A DNA stretch of 64,000 nt, from NCBI GenBank assembly GCA_003235475.1, contig QJWC01000081.1:9343-73342 (forward strand). Direction: 5' to 3'. Both the position numbers and the translations under genes were made by a program. This document shows, in pieces, positions 17,504 through 27,134 of the stretch; within the stretch, counting starts at the first letter, position 1; each line of letters opens with the position of its first letter. The notes beneath the pieces were generated by a model, which was not told where the DNA came from, ran no database searches, and saw nothing but the letters and a program-made list of their open reading frames with translations. The stretch is from Acidimicrobiia bacterium. Lineage in GTDB: Bacteria > Actinomycetota > Acidimicrobiia > Spongiisociales > UBA5794.

Positions 17504-18319
17504 TTGAGCGCCGTCGACCGCTACCGCGTCACCCCGGGAGCTTCTGTTGATCTGACAAAGATCCCCACGAGCGACACGTCCGCTTTTCCCGAGGCGACCA
17601 AGAAGTCTTCACGCAACCAGCTGGGGGCGATGAACGAGCGCCTTTCGGAGCTCCAGAGGCTCCTCTGGGCCGACGGATCCCGATCGTTGCTCCTGGTACT
17701 TCAGGCGATGGACACCGGAGGCAAGGATGGGACGATCCGCAAGGTGTTCACGGGCGTGAATCCCCAGGGTGTCGACGTCCGCGGTTTCGGCGTGCCGACC
17801 GACGAGGAACTCGCGCACGACTACCTCTGGCGGGTTCACGCGCGCACGCCGTCGGACGGGCGAATCGCCGTGTTCAATCGGAGCCACTACGAAGACGTGC
17901 TCGTGGTGCGCGTCCTCGACCTCGTTCCAGAGGATGTCTGGTCGAAGCGATACGCCCACATCCGAGATTTCGAGTCGATGCTCGTCGACGAAGGCACCGT
18001 CATCCGGAAGGTGATGCTCCACATCTCCAAGGATGAACAGAAGCAACGCCTGCAAGCGAGATTGGACGATCCGGCCAAGGCGTACAAGTTCAACGCGAGC
18101 GACCTCGACACGCGAGCCCGATGGAGCGACTACATGGCCGCATACGCCCGAGCCCTCGAGGAGACGTCGACGGATGAAGCTCCATGGTTCGTGGTGCCTG
18201 CCGATCGCAAGTGGTATCGAAACCTGGTCGTCTCTCAGATTCTGATCGAAGCAATCGAGGGCCTCGGGCTCAGATACCCCGAGCCGTCAGATGACCTGGG
18301 CAACCTGGAAATCACGTGA
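17504..18319 (+). CDS. ppk2: Polyphosphate kinase 2 family (polyphosphate:nucleotide phosphotransferase)
   Basis: ORF 17405..18319. Probable TTG start at 17504, 5 nt after AGGAGGA. Walker-A-like MDTGGKDGTIR, lid motif, and WFVVPADRKWYRN. Confidence 0.85.
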   Translation: MSAVDRYRVTPGASVDLTKIPTSDTSAFPEATKKSSRNQLGAMNERLSELQRLLWADGSRSLLLVLQAMDTGGKDGTIRKVFTGVNPQGVDVRGFGVPTDEELAHDYLWRVHARTPSDGRIAVFNRSHYEDVLVVRVLDLVPEDVWSKRYAHIRDFESMLVDEGTVIRKVMLHISKDEQKQRLQARLDDPAKAYKFNASDLDTRARWSDYMAAYARALEETSTDEAPWFVVPADRKWYRNLVVSQILIEAIEGLGLRYPEPSDDLGNLEIT

Positions 18320-18324
18320 CACGA

Positions 18325-19242
18325 TCACTCCTGGGCGGTGAAGGTCGTACCCAGACCCCGACGGCCGTTTGCCCACGCAAGCGCACCCATCCGCTGGCGG
18401 CCCTCGGGCTGGACGACACCAAGCGTCAGTGCTCCGTCCTCGAAACCTGCGACGACTTCTCCGTCGACGAGCTCTATGAGCCCGGGTGCGGTGTCATTGG
18501 TCGTGAAGGAGGCGGAGTGCACCCGCAACACCCCCTCGGGAGTTGCGAACCATGCGCCGGGCCGAGGATTGAATGCGCGGACAGCGCGCTCGGCTCGTAC
18601 CGCGTCCCACGTGGGGGCAAGCTGCGCCTCAGCCTTGGAGAGGCGCTTTGCGTGGGTGCTACCCGCATCGATCTGTGGCACGGGGATGCGGCGCCCGGCC
18701 AGGTATTCCGGGATGCTTCGATCAACCAGCGTCGAACCGAGGAACGCAAGCCGCGCGGTCAGGCTCCCACCTGTCTCCGATGGCTCGATCGCCGTTGCGA
18801 TCTCACCGAGCACCGGCCCCGTATCGAGTCCCTCGTCGATCTTCATCAGCGTGACGCCTGTACGCGCGTCGCCTGCAGCGAGCGCGCGCTCGACGGGAGC
18901 CGCTCCTCGCCACCGAGGAAGCAACGAAAAGTGGACATTCATGAATCCGTAGCGCGTCGTGGCCAGGATGTCCGGAGTCAGGATCCGCCCATACGCGACC
19001 ACCAGCCCGAATTCGTAGCCCTTCCCTCTCAGGGCAGCGAGGAGCTCCTCGGCGGTTGTCGGCTGGGCAACCGGGAAGCCGTGCTGCTCCGCCGCCACCT
19101 TGACAGGGCTCGCAGTGCGCACCTGCCCTCTCCCGACCTTTCGGTCCGGCTGGGTGATGACGAGGTCGACATCCGCGACATTCGCCAAGGCGTACAAGCT
19201 CGCCACCGCTGGCGCAGGCGTACCGAGGAAGACGGCTCCCAC
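18325..19242 (-). CDS. fmt: Methionyl-tRNA formyltransferase
   Basis: 305 aa. MGAVFLGTPAPAV, formyltransferase core NVHFSLLPRWRGAAPV. Confidence 0.9.
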   Translation of the reverse strand: MGAVFLGTPAPAVASLYALANVADVDLVITQPDRKVGRGQVRTASPVKVAAEQHGFPVAQPTTAEELLAALRGKGYEFGLVVAYGRILTPDILATTRYGFMNVHFSLLPRWRGAAPVERALAAGDARTGVTLMKIDEGLDTGPVLGEIATAIEPSETGGSLTARLAFLGSTLVDRSIPEYLAGRRIPVPQIDAGSTHAKRLSKAEAQLAPTWDAVRAERAVRAFNPRPGAWFATPEGVLRVHSASFTTNDTAPGLIELVDGEVVAGFEDGALTLGVVQPEGRQRMGALAWANGRRGLGTTFTAQE

Positions 19243-19243
19243 C

Positions 19244-19744
19244 TCACACCCGCCGATGGCCGAGTGCTTCGTCCCTCAGCTCTGCAAGGGCAACGCGACG
19301 CACGCGCTGTGGGAGACGCGTCAGGAGGAGTTTGCCGTGCAGATGGTCGATCTCGTGCTGGAGGACCCGCCCCATCAGCTCGTCACCCTCGTAGGTCACG
19401 GGGTTCCCATCGACGTCGAGGCCCTCAGCCCTGGCGTAGTCCGGGCGTTTGATCATCCAGTACCGACCGGGTACCGAAAGGCATCCCTCCTCGAACTTCC
19501 ACTTCCCTGACGTCTCGACGATCTCCGGGTTGGCCATCACGAAGGGGCCATCCCCGGCATCGGCGACGAAAAGACGTTTCGGGATACCGATCTGCGGTGC
19601 CGCGAGGCCTACGCCTGGCGCGTCGTACATCGTCTCGAACATGTCCTCGACGAGTCGTGCGAGGTCGGCGTCGAATTCCATGACGTTGGACGCGGGCATC
19701 GAAAGCACCGGGTCCGGAAACGTTCGTATGGGGTAGATCGCCAT
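19244..19744 (-). CDS. def: Peptide deformylase
   Basis: ORF 19244..19777. Canonical N-terminus MAIYPIRTFPDPVL begins at 19744. Motifs GVGLAAPQIG, EGCLSVPG, HEIDHLHG. Confidence 0.85.
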   Translation of the reverse strand: MAIYPIRTFPDPVLSMPASNVMEFDADLARLVEDMFETMYDAPGVGLAAPQIGIPKRLFVADAGDGPFVMANPEIVETSGKWKFEEGCLSVPGRYWMIKRPDYARAEGLDVDGNPVTYEGDELMGRVLQHEIDHLHGKLLLTRLPQRVRRVALAELRDEALGHRRV

Positions 19745-19792
19745 AGCGGCAAGGGTACCTCCGGACCCGCCGGTCACGAGATTTCGATCAAC

Positions 19793-21496
19793 CTATAGAT
19801 CGATCGGGTCCGCGTCCACGCGCACGCGTACGCCGGTATCGCGCAGGTGGCCGACGACGCCGCGGAGAGCCAACCGCGCGTCCCCGAGGTCGGGGCCCTG
19901 GACGAGCCAACGCAGACGATCCCCCATGTCCGCTGGCCCAAGGAGCCGTGCCCTGTCCCGCAGGGCCTCATCGAGTAACTCGGGAGCCTGCGATCCGGTC
20001 GCGACCTCTATCGCAATGAGTTCCCCGAACGGTGGGAATCCGAGGTCCTTCCTCGTCTGGATCTCGTCTTGGGTGAACTGCAGCGAGTCCCCTGCCCGAA
20101 GCGCTTCAACCACTGGCTGTGTCGGATCCGATGTCTGGATCAGGCAACGGTTCCCGGTCCCCCGAACGACCGTGAGTGCCAGGCGCGCCAGAACGAACAA
20201 CGCTGACTCGTGCGCGCGATAGTTCGGCGCACCGGCCATACCATCGACGTCGACCGCGACGGCGAGCCCGATGCCCGTCAGCCCCACGAGGTCGCGCTCC
20301 GTGCCTACTTGGACCGTCGACCCGCTCGCTGCATCGCCAACGTCGTCTGTCGACCGCTTGATTTCCGCAATGACGTTCCCGATCCCGGCACCGAGCGCCT
20401 GCCATCGCGTCGATCCGCATTCGGCGCATGGCCCGAGAGCTGTGCCGCACCGGTCGCAGCGGTCATCGGTCGATGAAGCCGCTTGGCATGCAGGACACCT
20501 CCGCAATGTGCCGCATCTCGCGCACCGTGTCGCCCTTGCGTACCCCCTGCGAGGGACGAGGACGAACACCCTCTTGCCATGTCTGGCGGCACCGACGATC
20601 GCCGCCCTTGTGCGTTCCAGGATGACCGAACCGGTGGGTGGCTCCTCGCGACGGTCCACGACCTCGATGACCGGCCAGATGCGGCCGGGCCGACGCACGG
20701 TGTCGTCCGCTGCGACGGTCGTCGAGACGGACGGGACGGGGCCCACGAACGTGATCGGGATGCCGGCATCACGCGCTCTGCGTCGCGCGACCGTTGCCGT
20801 GTCCACGGTGGGCGTCGAGGGGGACTTGTGCACCCGACGTAACTCTTCGACGACGATGATCCTGCCGAGTGCAGCCACCGGCCACAACGCGACCTCCCGT
20901 GTGCCGACGAGTATGGAGTCGCCGCTGGTCGCGGCGCGGACCCAAGCCGCCGTCTCAGCTCTGCCCGACAGGTCGGAGTGCGCAACGACAACCCGCTCCC
21001 CGTACGTCGGTCCGAGATCCCTGGCAATGTCCTCGGCCTCCAAGACGCTCGGAACGACGATCATCGCTGCAGCGTCCGATGCACCGAGAACCTTCTCGAT
21101 GACCGGCGCGTAGGGCAACGCAGCGATCTCCGCATGGACGCGGTGACGCGCATTGACGCTCGAACGAGCGCTGCTCTGCTTCGCGACGCCCGCGTCCGAT
21201 CTCGGAACGTTGGTGGGGACGGTCCGGGTCAGGATCGTCGAAAGCGGCGCAACGTAGTGGCGTGCGGCCCAGCGCGACGTTCCGAGGAGCACCTCGTCGA
21301 AGGAAGGAATGTCACCGACCACGCCGTCGAGGTCGATGATCCTGCGGTCGGGAATCGGGACCAGCGAGGTCACGAACCCGCGCAACCGCCTGCCCGAGAC
21401 TCGGATGCGAACGCGGGAGCCGACGTGCACATCCACTCCGTCTGGCACGCCGTAGGTGAAGCCATCGTCGACTGCGAACGACGGGATGTCGGGCAC
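19793..21496 (-). CDS. priA: Primosomal protein N' (PriA-like) with Cys4-Cys4 zinc region; Walker A and DExH motifs not recognisable
   Basis: 567 aa. N-terminal 3'-DNA-binding-like region, cysteine cluster CARCGTLRRCPACQ...CDRCG...CAECG, and a C-terminal domain. Where GxGKT and DEEH are expected, the sequence reads ASDAAAMIVVP and IIVVEELRRVHKS. Confidence 0.8.
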   Translation of the reverse strand: MPDIPSFAVDDGFTYGVPDGVDVHVGSRVRIRVSGRRLRGFVTSLVPIPDRRIIDLDGVVGDIPSFDEVLLGTSRWAARHYVAPLSTILTRTVPTNVPRSDAGVAKQSSARSSVNARHRVHAEIAALPYAPVIEKVLGASDAAAMIVVPSVLEAEDIARDLGPTYGERVVVAHSDLSGRAETAAWVRAATSGDSILVGTREVALWPVAALGRIIVVEELRRVHKSPSTPTVDTATVARRRARDAGIPITFVGPVPSVSTTVAADDTVRRPGRIWPVIEVVDRREEPPTGSVILERTRAAIVGAARHGKRVFVLVPRRGYARATRCARCGTLRRCPACQAASSTDDRCDRCGTALGPCAECGSTRWQALGAGIGNVIAEIKRSTDDVGDAASGSTVQVGTERDLVGLTGIGLAVAVDVDGMAGAPNYRAHESALFVLARLALTVVRGTGNRCLIQTSDPTQPVVEALRAGDSLQFTQDEIQTRKDLGFPPFGELIAIEVATGSQAPELLDEALRDRARLLGPADMGDRLRWLVQGPDLGDARLALRGVVGHLRDTGVRVRVDADPIDL

Positions 21497-21524
21497 GACC
21501 TGGCAGGCGTTACGAGGGGCCAGG

Positions 21525-22703
21525 TCAACCCCTCAGCGAGATGGCCGCCGTCAGGATGGCGTGGGCGACATCCGCCTTCGGCATCAGGGGCAGCGACTCT
21601 GTACGTCCGTCGCTGAACACCAGGGTGACCTCGTTCGTGTCCGAGCCGAAACCGGAGCCCTCCTTCGCCACGTCGTTTGCGACGAGGAGGTCGACGCCCT
21701 TGTCCAACGCCTTGACAGCTGCAGCATCCACTGAGCCGGTCTCGGCGGCAAAGCCGACCACAACGTCGACCCCCCCGCGTTCGACGACACCTTTGAGGAT
21801 GTCAGGCGTCGGCTCGAGTTCGACGGAGGGTGGCCCCGCCGCGCGCCGGAGTTTCACGTCCGATGTGGCGGCTGGCTGGAAGTCGGCGACGGCAGCCGCC
21901 ATGACTGCGACCGTCGCTCCCTGTGAGCCGGCCCAGACCGCCTCGGCCATCTCTTGTGCCGTTTCCACGCGTACGACGTCGATCATGGGATGCTCAGGCG
22001 CATCCACGGTGGTGACCAGCGTGACGCGGGCTCCCCTGCGAGCTGCATCCAGCGCGATCGCATTGCCCATCTTCCCGCTCGACCGGTTGCCGATGTACCG
22101 CACCGGATCGATCGGCTCCCTCGTGCCGCCCGCACTCACCAGGACGGTCATTCCTGCCATGTCGCCTGCGCGGAGTATGTCAGAGACGACTTCGACAATT
22201 GCGTCGGGATCCGCAAGCCGCCCGACGCCCGTGTCACCGCCTGCGAGCTCTCCGGATTCGGGAGGGACGATCGTGTAACCGAACCGTGCGAGCGTGGCGA
22301 CGTTGTCTTGGGTCGCAGGATGCTCCCACATCTCCGTATGCATGGCAGGGGCGACGATCGTCGGCGCCGTCGACGCCATCACCGTCGCGACGAGGGCATT
22401 CGACGAGTCCCCCGATGCGATCTTTGCGATTGTCGACGCCGTCGCGGGAGCGATCACGATCACGTCGGCCCATGCCGCGAGGTTCGTGTGCGGCGAGACG
22501 TCGTCTCCACCGAAGAGGCTGACCACAGGTTGGTGGCCCGTGAGGGCTGCGAAGGTTGATGGGCCGACGAATTCGGTAGCGGCGTCCGTCATGACGACGC
22601 GGACGTCGGCGCCTGCCTCCGAGAGTCGGCGAACCAGATACGCCGACTTGTATGCCGCGACCCCTCCGGAGACGCCGAGGACGACATGTCGCCCGGCGAG
22701 CAT
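21525..22703 (-). CDS. coaBC: Bifunctional phosphopantothenoylcysteine decarboxylase / phosphopantothenate--cysteine ligase
   Basis: 392 aa. Flavoprotein N-domain (VVLGVSGGVAAYKS) and CoaB C-domain. Confidence 0.9.
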   Translation of the reverse strand: MLAGRHVVLGVSGGVAAYKSAYLVRRLSEAGADVRVVMTDAATEFVGPSTFAALTGHQPVVSLFGGDDVSPHTNLAAWADVIVIAPATASTIAKIASGDSSNALVATVMASTAPTIVAPAMHTEMWEHPATQDNVATLARFGYTIVPPESGELAGGDTGVGRLADPDAIVEVVSDILRAGDMAGMTVLVSAGGTREPIDPVRYIGNRSSGKMGNAIALDAARRGARVTLVTTVDAPEHPMIDVVRVETAQEMAEAVWAGSQGATVAVMAAAVADFQPAATSDVKLRRAAGPPSVELEPTPDILKGVVERGGVDVVVGFAAETGSVDAAAVKALDKGVDLLVANDVAKEGSGFGSDTNEVTLVFSDGRTESLPLMPKADVAHAILTAAISLRG

Positions 22704-22705
22704 GC

Positions 22706-22939
22706 CTACTCCTCGGTGGGTGCGATTACGACTTTGTCCTGGACGATCTCCTCGAGTGAGATCGAAAGCGGCTTACGCGACAGGCTGTGCACCTGAGGAG
22801 GAACGTAGCCGCCGATGCCGGCACCCAGCTCGTTGTAGTAGGCGTTGATCTGGCGGGCTCGACGCGCCGCGAGCACAACGAGTCCAAAACGGGACTTCGT
22901 CTTCTCGACCACGGCTCCGATGGGCGGTTCGAGCATCAT
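22706..22939 (-). CDS. rpoZ: DNA-directed RNA polymerase subunit omega
   Basis: 77 aa. KSRFGLVVLAARRARQIN. Confidence 0.85.
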   Translation of the reverse strand: MMLEPPIGAVVEKTKSRFGLVVLAARRARQINAYYNELGAGIGGYVPPQVHSLSRKPLSISLEEIVQDKVVIAPTEE

Positions 22940-22967
22940 TGGGGACTCCTGAAAGTGGAAGGGACGG

Positions 22968-23552
22968 TCAGGCAGACACCCGATCCGTCGTGCGAGCCGT
23001 GAGTATATCGAGGAACCGGTCGATCGCGGACTCCATGTCGTCGTTCAGGACGATGTGGTGGTAGACGAGAGGAGCCTCCCTCATCTGTTGATCAGCCACC
23101 GACAGCCTCCGCTGTATGTCTGCCTCGTGTGTGTCGCCCCGCCCCCGCAGCCGGTCCTCGAGCACCGACAGGCTCGGGGGCCTGATGAAGATCAACACCG
23201 CCTCGGGGAACGACGCCTTGATCTGTTTCGCGCCCTCGTTCTCGATGTCGAGGATGATGTTGCGGCCCGCATCGAGCGCGGGGAGGACCTGCTCCCTCAG
23301 CGTTCCGTAGAGGTTGCCCCCGTATTCCGCCCACTCCAACACTGATTCGGAGGCAATGCGGTCCTCGAACTCCGGCCGGCTCAGATACACGTAGTCGCGG
23401 CCCTCCACCTCGCCGGGCCGTGGGTCCCTCGTCGTCGCCGAGACGGAGAACTCGGAGTTCGTCTCCGCGATCACGCGTGACAGGATGCTCGACTTGCCCA
23501 CGCCTGACGGGCCAGACACAACGATCAGATGACCTCTACGAGAATCGCTCAA
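22968..23552 (-). CDS. gmk: Guanylate kinase
   Basis: 194 aa. P-loop SGPSGVGKSS. ATTR...GE...Y family pattern. Confidence 0.9.
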   Translation of the reverse strand: MSDSRRGHLIVVSGPSGVGKSSILSRVIAETNSEFSVSATTRDPRPGEVEGRDYVYLSRPEFEDRIASESVLEWAEYGGNLYGTLREQVLPALDAGRNIILDIENEGAKQIKASFPEAVLIFIRPPSLSVLEDRLRGRGDTHEADIQRRLSVADQQMREAPLVYHHIVLNDDMESAIDRFLDILTARTTDRVSA

Positions 23553-23880
23553 TGAGAGCCATCCGTTGGTTCTTCCCGAGCCCCCTGATGGTGCGGTTGT
23601 CTGCGATCCCGATGTCCTCCATCAGGCGCTTCGTGGCGATCTTCCCCATACCCGGCATGGACACGATGATGGCCTGGATCTTCGTTCCTGCGACGAGATC
23701 GTCCTCCTCGGCTCGTTCGAGGACGTCGGTGAAGGTCAGGCTCCCTGTCTTCAGCAGGGCCTTGATCTCTGCCCTCTTCCTCCGTGCCTCGACTGCTCTG
23801 GCGAGCGCCGCGGCACGCTGTTCATCCGTTGTCTCGGGAAACACATGCTCTCCTTCGTCCACCCCATTGTATTGGGGCAT
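23536..23880 (-). CDS. mihF: Actinobacterial integration host factor (mIHF)
   Basis: ORF 23536..23979. Conserved start MPQYNG... at 23880. Has the helix-hairpin-helix-like region found in mIHF. Sits in the canonical position upstream of gmk. Confidence 0.75.
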   Translation of the reverse strand: MPQYNGVDEGEHVFPETTDEQRAAALARAVEARRKRAEIKALLKTGSLTFTDVLERAEEDDLVAGTKIQAIIVSMPGMGKIATKRLMEDIGIADNRTIRGLGKNQRMALIERFS

Positions 23881-23887
23881 TGAAGCG

Positions 23888-24583
23888 CTACCCGATCGAC
23901 GCAGCAATGGCCTCTGCCGCAGCGCGGGGGTCGGCGGCTGCGGTGATCGGACGACCGATGACGAGCATGTCAGCGCCATCGGCGAGGGCCTGCACGGGCG
24001 TCGCCGTCCGAGCCTGATCGTCGTCCATCTCGGAGGGGCGGATCCCCGGCGTCACGCGAGCGACGCCGGGAGCGGCCCTTCGGACGATCGACAACTCGCG
24101 GGGAGAACAGACGACACCCTCGCATCCCGTCGACTCGGCGAGGGACGCCATGTGAGCGACAAGATCGTTCGTCGAGACATCCACACCGATTTCAGCGAGG
24201 TTCCCTGCGTCAAGCGATGTGAGGACCGACACTCCGAGGATCCCGGTTGGCCGCCCATCGGATCCGCTCGCAAGGCCCGCAACCGCGGCCTCGAGCATCT
24301 CGCGTCCGCCGCTGATGTGCGCCGTGACCCATCTTGCTCCGTGTCTTCCGAGGCGATATGCGGCCCGTTCGACCTGCGAAGGGATGTCGTGCAGCTTCGC
24401 GTCTGCGAATACCGGCCGGCCGACATTGCCAATACGGCCGATGATTTCTGGACCCGGCCCGTGGAGGAGACCGAGACCGACCTTGAACGCTCCGACGAAC
24501 TCGAAGACGGACTCGGCCATCGCCACGGCCTCATCGCCTGTCTTCATGTCGAGGCCGACGGCAATCGGAGTCATCAGATCCAC
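23888..24583 (-). CDS. pyrF: Orotidine 5'-phosphate decarboxylase
   Basis: 231 aa. AVGLDMK, FKVGLGL, DAKLHDIP. Confidence 0.85.
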   Translation of the reverse strand: MDLMTPIAVGLDMKTGDEAVAMAESVFEFVGAFKVGLGLLHGPGPEIIGRIGNVGRPVFADAKLHDIPSQVERAAYRLGRHGARWVTAHISGGREMLEAAVAGLASGSDGRPTGILGVSVLTSLDAGNLAEIGVDVSTNDLVAHMASLAESTGCEGVVCSPRELSIVRRAAPGVARVTPGIRPSEMDDDQARTATPVQALADGADMLVIGRPITAAADPRAAAEAIAASIG

Positions 24584-25485
24584 GATTCCCAGGCTCCCTT
24601 CATCTCATGGAGACGTTCGATCCCGCGCGCGGTCATGTAGGTTCGCAGGTCCTTGCTGATGCGATCGGCAATCCGTGGAGCATTGAAATGCGCGGATCCG
24701 ATCGCAACCGCATCTGCTCCAGCGAGGAGGTACTCGAGTACGTGGTCCGCGTGGGAGACGCCGCCGCACGCGACGATCGGCGTATCGGGCAGCGCCGCCC
24801 TGATCTCGAGCACACACCTCACCGCGATCGGTCGGATTGGGTCGCCCGAATACCCTCCAACCACCCCTGACAGCACCGGTCGGCGCGTATGTGGATCGAT
24901 TGCCGCACCCATCACCGTGTTCCCCATCACGACCCAATCCGCACCCGCGTCCACCACGGCCATGGCCACTTCGCTGACCGGTTGGGCGTCCGGCGAGAGC
25001 TTTGCGCCGATGGGAAGCGTCGTCGCTGCGCGAACGTGCGAGACGACCTGCGCCGATCTGGCTGGATCGAGCGCAAACGGAATGCCTTCGAGGTTCGGGC
25101 ACGAAAGGTTGATCTCGATCGCCTCGAGGTCCGCCTCTTGCATCTTCGAAGCCACGATCGCAAAGCCCTCGACATCATGTGCAACGGCGCTCCCCCACAC
25201 AGGCACAGGGATGTCAGGAAGGTCTGGAGCGATCTCATCGAGCCAGGCGTCTATGCCAGGGTTCTGGATACCGATGCCGTTCAGCATTCCGACGCCAGCG
25301 TGCCCTATCCGCGGTGAGGGACGTCCCTTCCACGGCTCGGGCGACACCGACTTGGCAACCGCGGCTCCGTACTTCCGAAAGTCGATGACGTCCTTGAATT
25401 CGACGACCGAGCCGACAGTCCCCGCTGCGGCGACCAGTGGCGTTGAAAGGGTGAGGTCACCGAGCGAGACGGACAGGTCCTTCAT
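24574..25485 (-). CDS. pyrD: Dihydroorotate dehydrogenase, class 1-type catalytic subunit (active-site Cys in NLSCPN)
   Basis: ORF 24574..25602. Start MKDLSVSLGDL at 25483..25485 forms ATGA with the pyrC stop. FMN-binding TIM-barrel motifs NGIGIQNPG, NLSCPN, GGYSG, GADAVAIGSA. Confidence 0.85.
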   Translation of the reverse strand: MKDLSVSLGDLTLSTPLVAAAGTVGSVVEFKDVIDFRKYGAAVAKSVSPEPWKGRPSPRIGHAGVGMLNGIGIQNPGIDAWLDEIAPDLPDIPVPVWGSAVAHDVEGFAIVASKMQEADLEAIEINLSCPNLEGIPFALDPARSAQVVSHVRAATTLPIGAKLSPDAQPVSEVAMAVVDAGADWVVMGNTVMGAAIDPHTRRPVLSGVVGGYSGDPIRPIAVRCVLEIRAALPDTPIVACGGVSHADHVLEYLLAGADAVAIGSAHFNAPRIADRISKDLRTYMTARGIERLHEMKGAWESWI

Positions 25486-26741
25486 GCTGCATACCCGTGG
25501 GTCAACTTGCCCGCGTAGACGGTCGCACGCACGAACCCAGCGAGCTCCATTCCGAGGTACGGCGCGTTGCGAGACTTCGAACGGGACTCCGTCGGGATCC
25601 ACGTTGCGCTCGGATCGAACACCACGATGTGCGCGAGGCCGCCTTCGCGGAGCGGCAGCCCCTGGCCTTCGATACCGGCGATACGCGCGGGCGACACGGA
25701 CATCCGGTCGAAGAACACGTCAGGACTCGGATTGCACGTCGTCAGGAACGATGAAGCGGCCCACTCGAGGCCGAGGACGCCGTTCGGGGTATTGGCCAGC
25801 GGTCCTTCCTTCTCGTGAGGGGCGTGGGGCGCGTGGTCTGTCGCAACCGCGTCGATCGTGCCGTCGAGCAGCGCTTCACGCAGCGCCTTGCGGTCCTCCT
25901 CCGAGCGCAAGGGCGGCATCATCTTGAAATTCGCGCCACCCGCCAGAACCCATTCGTCGGTGAACATGAGGTGATGTGGGGTCACTTCGCACGTGACGCT
26001 CGCACCATCCATCTTCGCCGCTCTGATCAGGGTGACGACGCGCTCGCTGGAGACGTGTTGGACGTGGTATCGGACACCCGCATCGAATGCAAGGGCCAGG
26101 TCCCGTGCCACCACCATCTCCTCAGCCTCGACCGGGATGCCCGGAAGGGACGCTGACCGTGATGCTGATCCCTCGTGCATCACGCCAGCAGCACTCAACG
26201 GCCCATCCACCGCATGCTGGGAGACGACCCCTCCCACCGCAGCAACCTCACTCATCGCTTCGAGCAGCAACGCTGCGCTGTCGACGGAGTCGCCATCGTC
26301 GCTGAACAGCTTCACGCCGGATGCAGCCAACGCTGCGATGGGCGCGGTCTTCCCGCCTGCGCGGCCGACCGTCAGGCATCCCGATGGCACCACCTCGACG
26401 AGGCCAACCTCGTCCCCTCGTGCCTTCACCGCCTCCGTGAGTTCCGGGGTATCGAGCGCGGGAACGGTGTTCGGCATCGCGACCACGGCCGTGTATCCGC
26501 CTGCAGCTGCCGATGCTGATCCGGAGGCGATGTCCTCTTTCCACGTCTGCCCGGGCTCACGAAGGTGCGTGTGGAGATCGACGAAGCCAGGCCCCACCCA
26601 TGCGCCCTTGGCGTCGATCGTGCGATCGCCACCGACGGCTTCCCCGATGGCCTCGATCCTGCCGTCCGTGATTCCGACGTCGGCGTGGAGCAGTCCACGG
26701 TCTGTGAGGACCGTTCCACCCCTGATCACGAGGTCAGCCAT
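25482..26741 (-). CDS. pyrC: Dihydroorotase
   Basis: ORF 25482..26777. Start MADLVIRGG at 26741. Metal ligands FVDLHTHLREPG...DHAPH. Confidence 0.85.
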   Translation of the reverse strand: MADLVIRGGTVLTDRGLLHADVGITDGRIEAIGEAVGGDRTIDAKGAWVGPGFVDLHTHLREPGQTWKEDIASGSASAAAGGYTAVVAMPNTVPALDTPELTEAVKARGDEVGLVEVVPSGCLTVGRAGGKTAPIAALAASGVKLFSDDGDSVDSAALLLEAMSEVAAVGGVVSQHAVDGPLSAAGVMHEGSASRSASLPGIPVEAEEMVVARDLALAFDAGVRYHVQHVSSERVVTLIRAAKMDGASVTCEVTPHHLMFTDEWVLAGGANFKMMPPLRSEEDRKALREALLDGTIDAVATDHAPHAPHEKEGPLANTPNGVLGLEWAASSFLTTCNPSPDVFFDRMSVSPARIAGIEGQGLPLREGGLAHIVVFDPSATWIPTESRSKSRNAPYLGMELAGFVRATVYAGKLTHGYAA

Positions 26742-27132
26742 CCGCGCCGCCGTCCTCGAGTTCGGGCATGCGACCACGCTCGGCGATCGCGGAGAGGACC
26801 CCGTTCACGAAAGCGCCGCTCTTCGCGGTCGAGTGTGACTTCGCGAGCTCGACCGCCTCATCGATCGCAATCGCCTTCGAGAGCCCGTTGAACAGGATCT
26901 CGAACGCGGCGAGTCGGATGATGTTGCGGTCAACGGCCGGCATGCGGTCGACGCGCCATGTTTCCGCCACGGACTCGATCAACGCATCGAGCTCGGCTTT
27001 GTGGTCCCATGTACCGGATGCGAGGGCTGCCGCGCGTGCAGAGATCGCGGACACGTCGACTTCGTCTCGGGAAAGGACATCGGTGGCGTAGAGGGCCCCG
27101 AGGGCTTGAACCCTGGCTTCCTCGCGTGCCAC
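26734..27132 (-). CDS. nusB: Transcription antitermination factor NusB
   Basis: 132 aa. RVQALGALYATDV...DRNIIRLAAFEILF. Confidence 0.9.
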   Translation of the reverse strand: MAREEARVQALGALYATDVLSRDEVDVSAISARAAALASGTWDHKAELDALIESVAETWRVDRMPAVDRNIIRLAAFEILFNGLSKAIAIDEAVELAKSHSTAKSGAFVNGVLSAIAERGRMPELEDGGADG

Positions 27133-27134
27133 GG

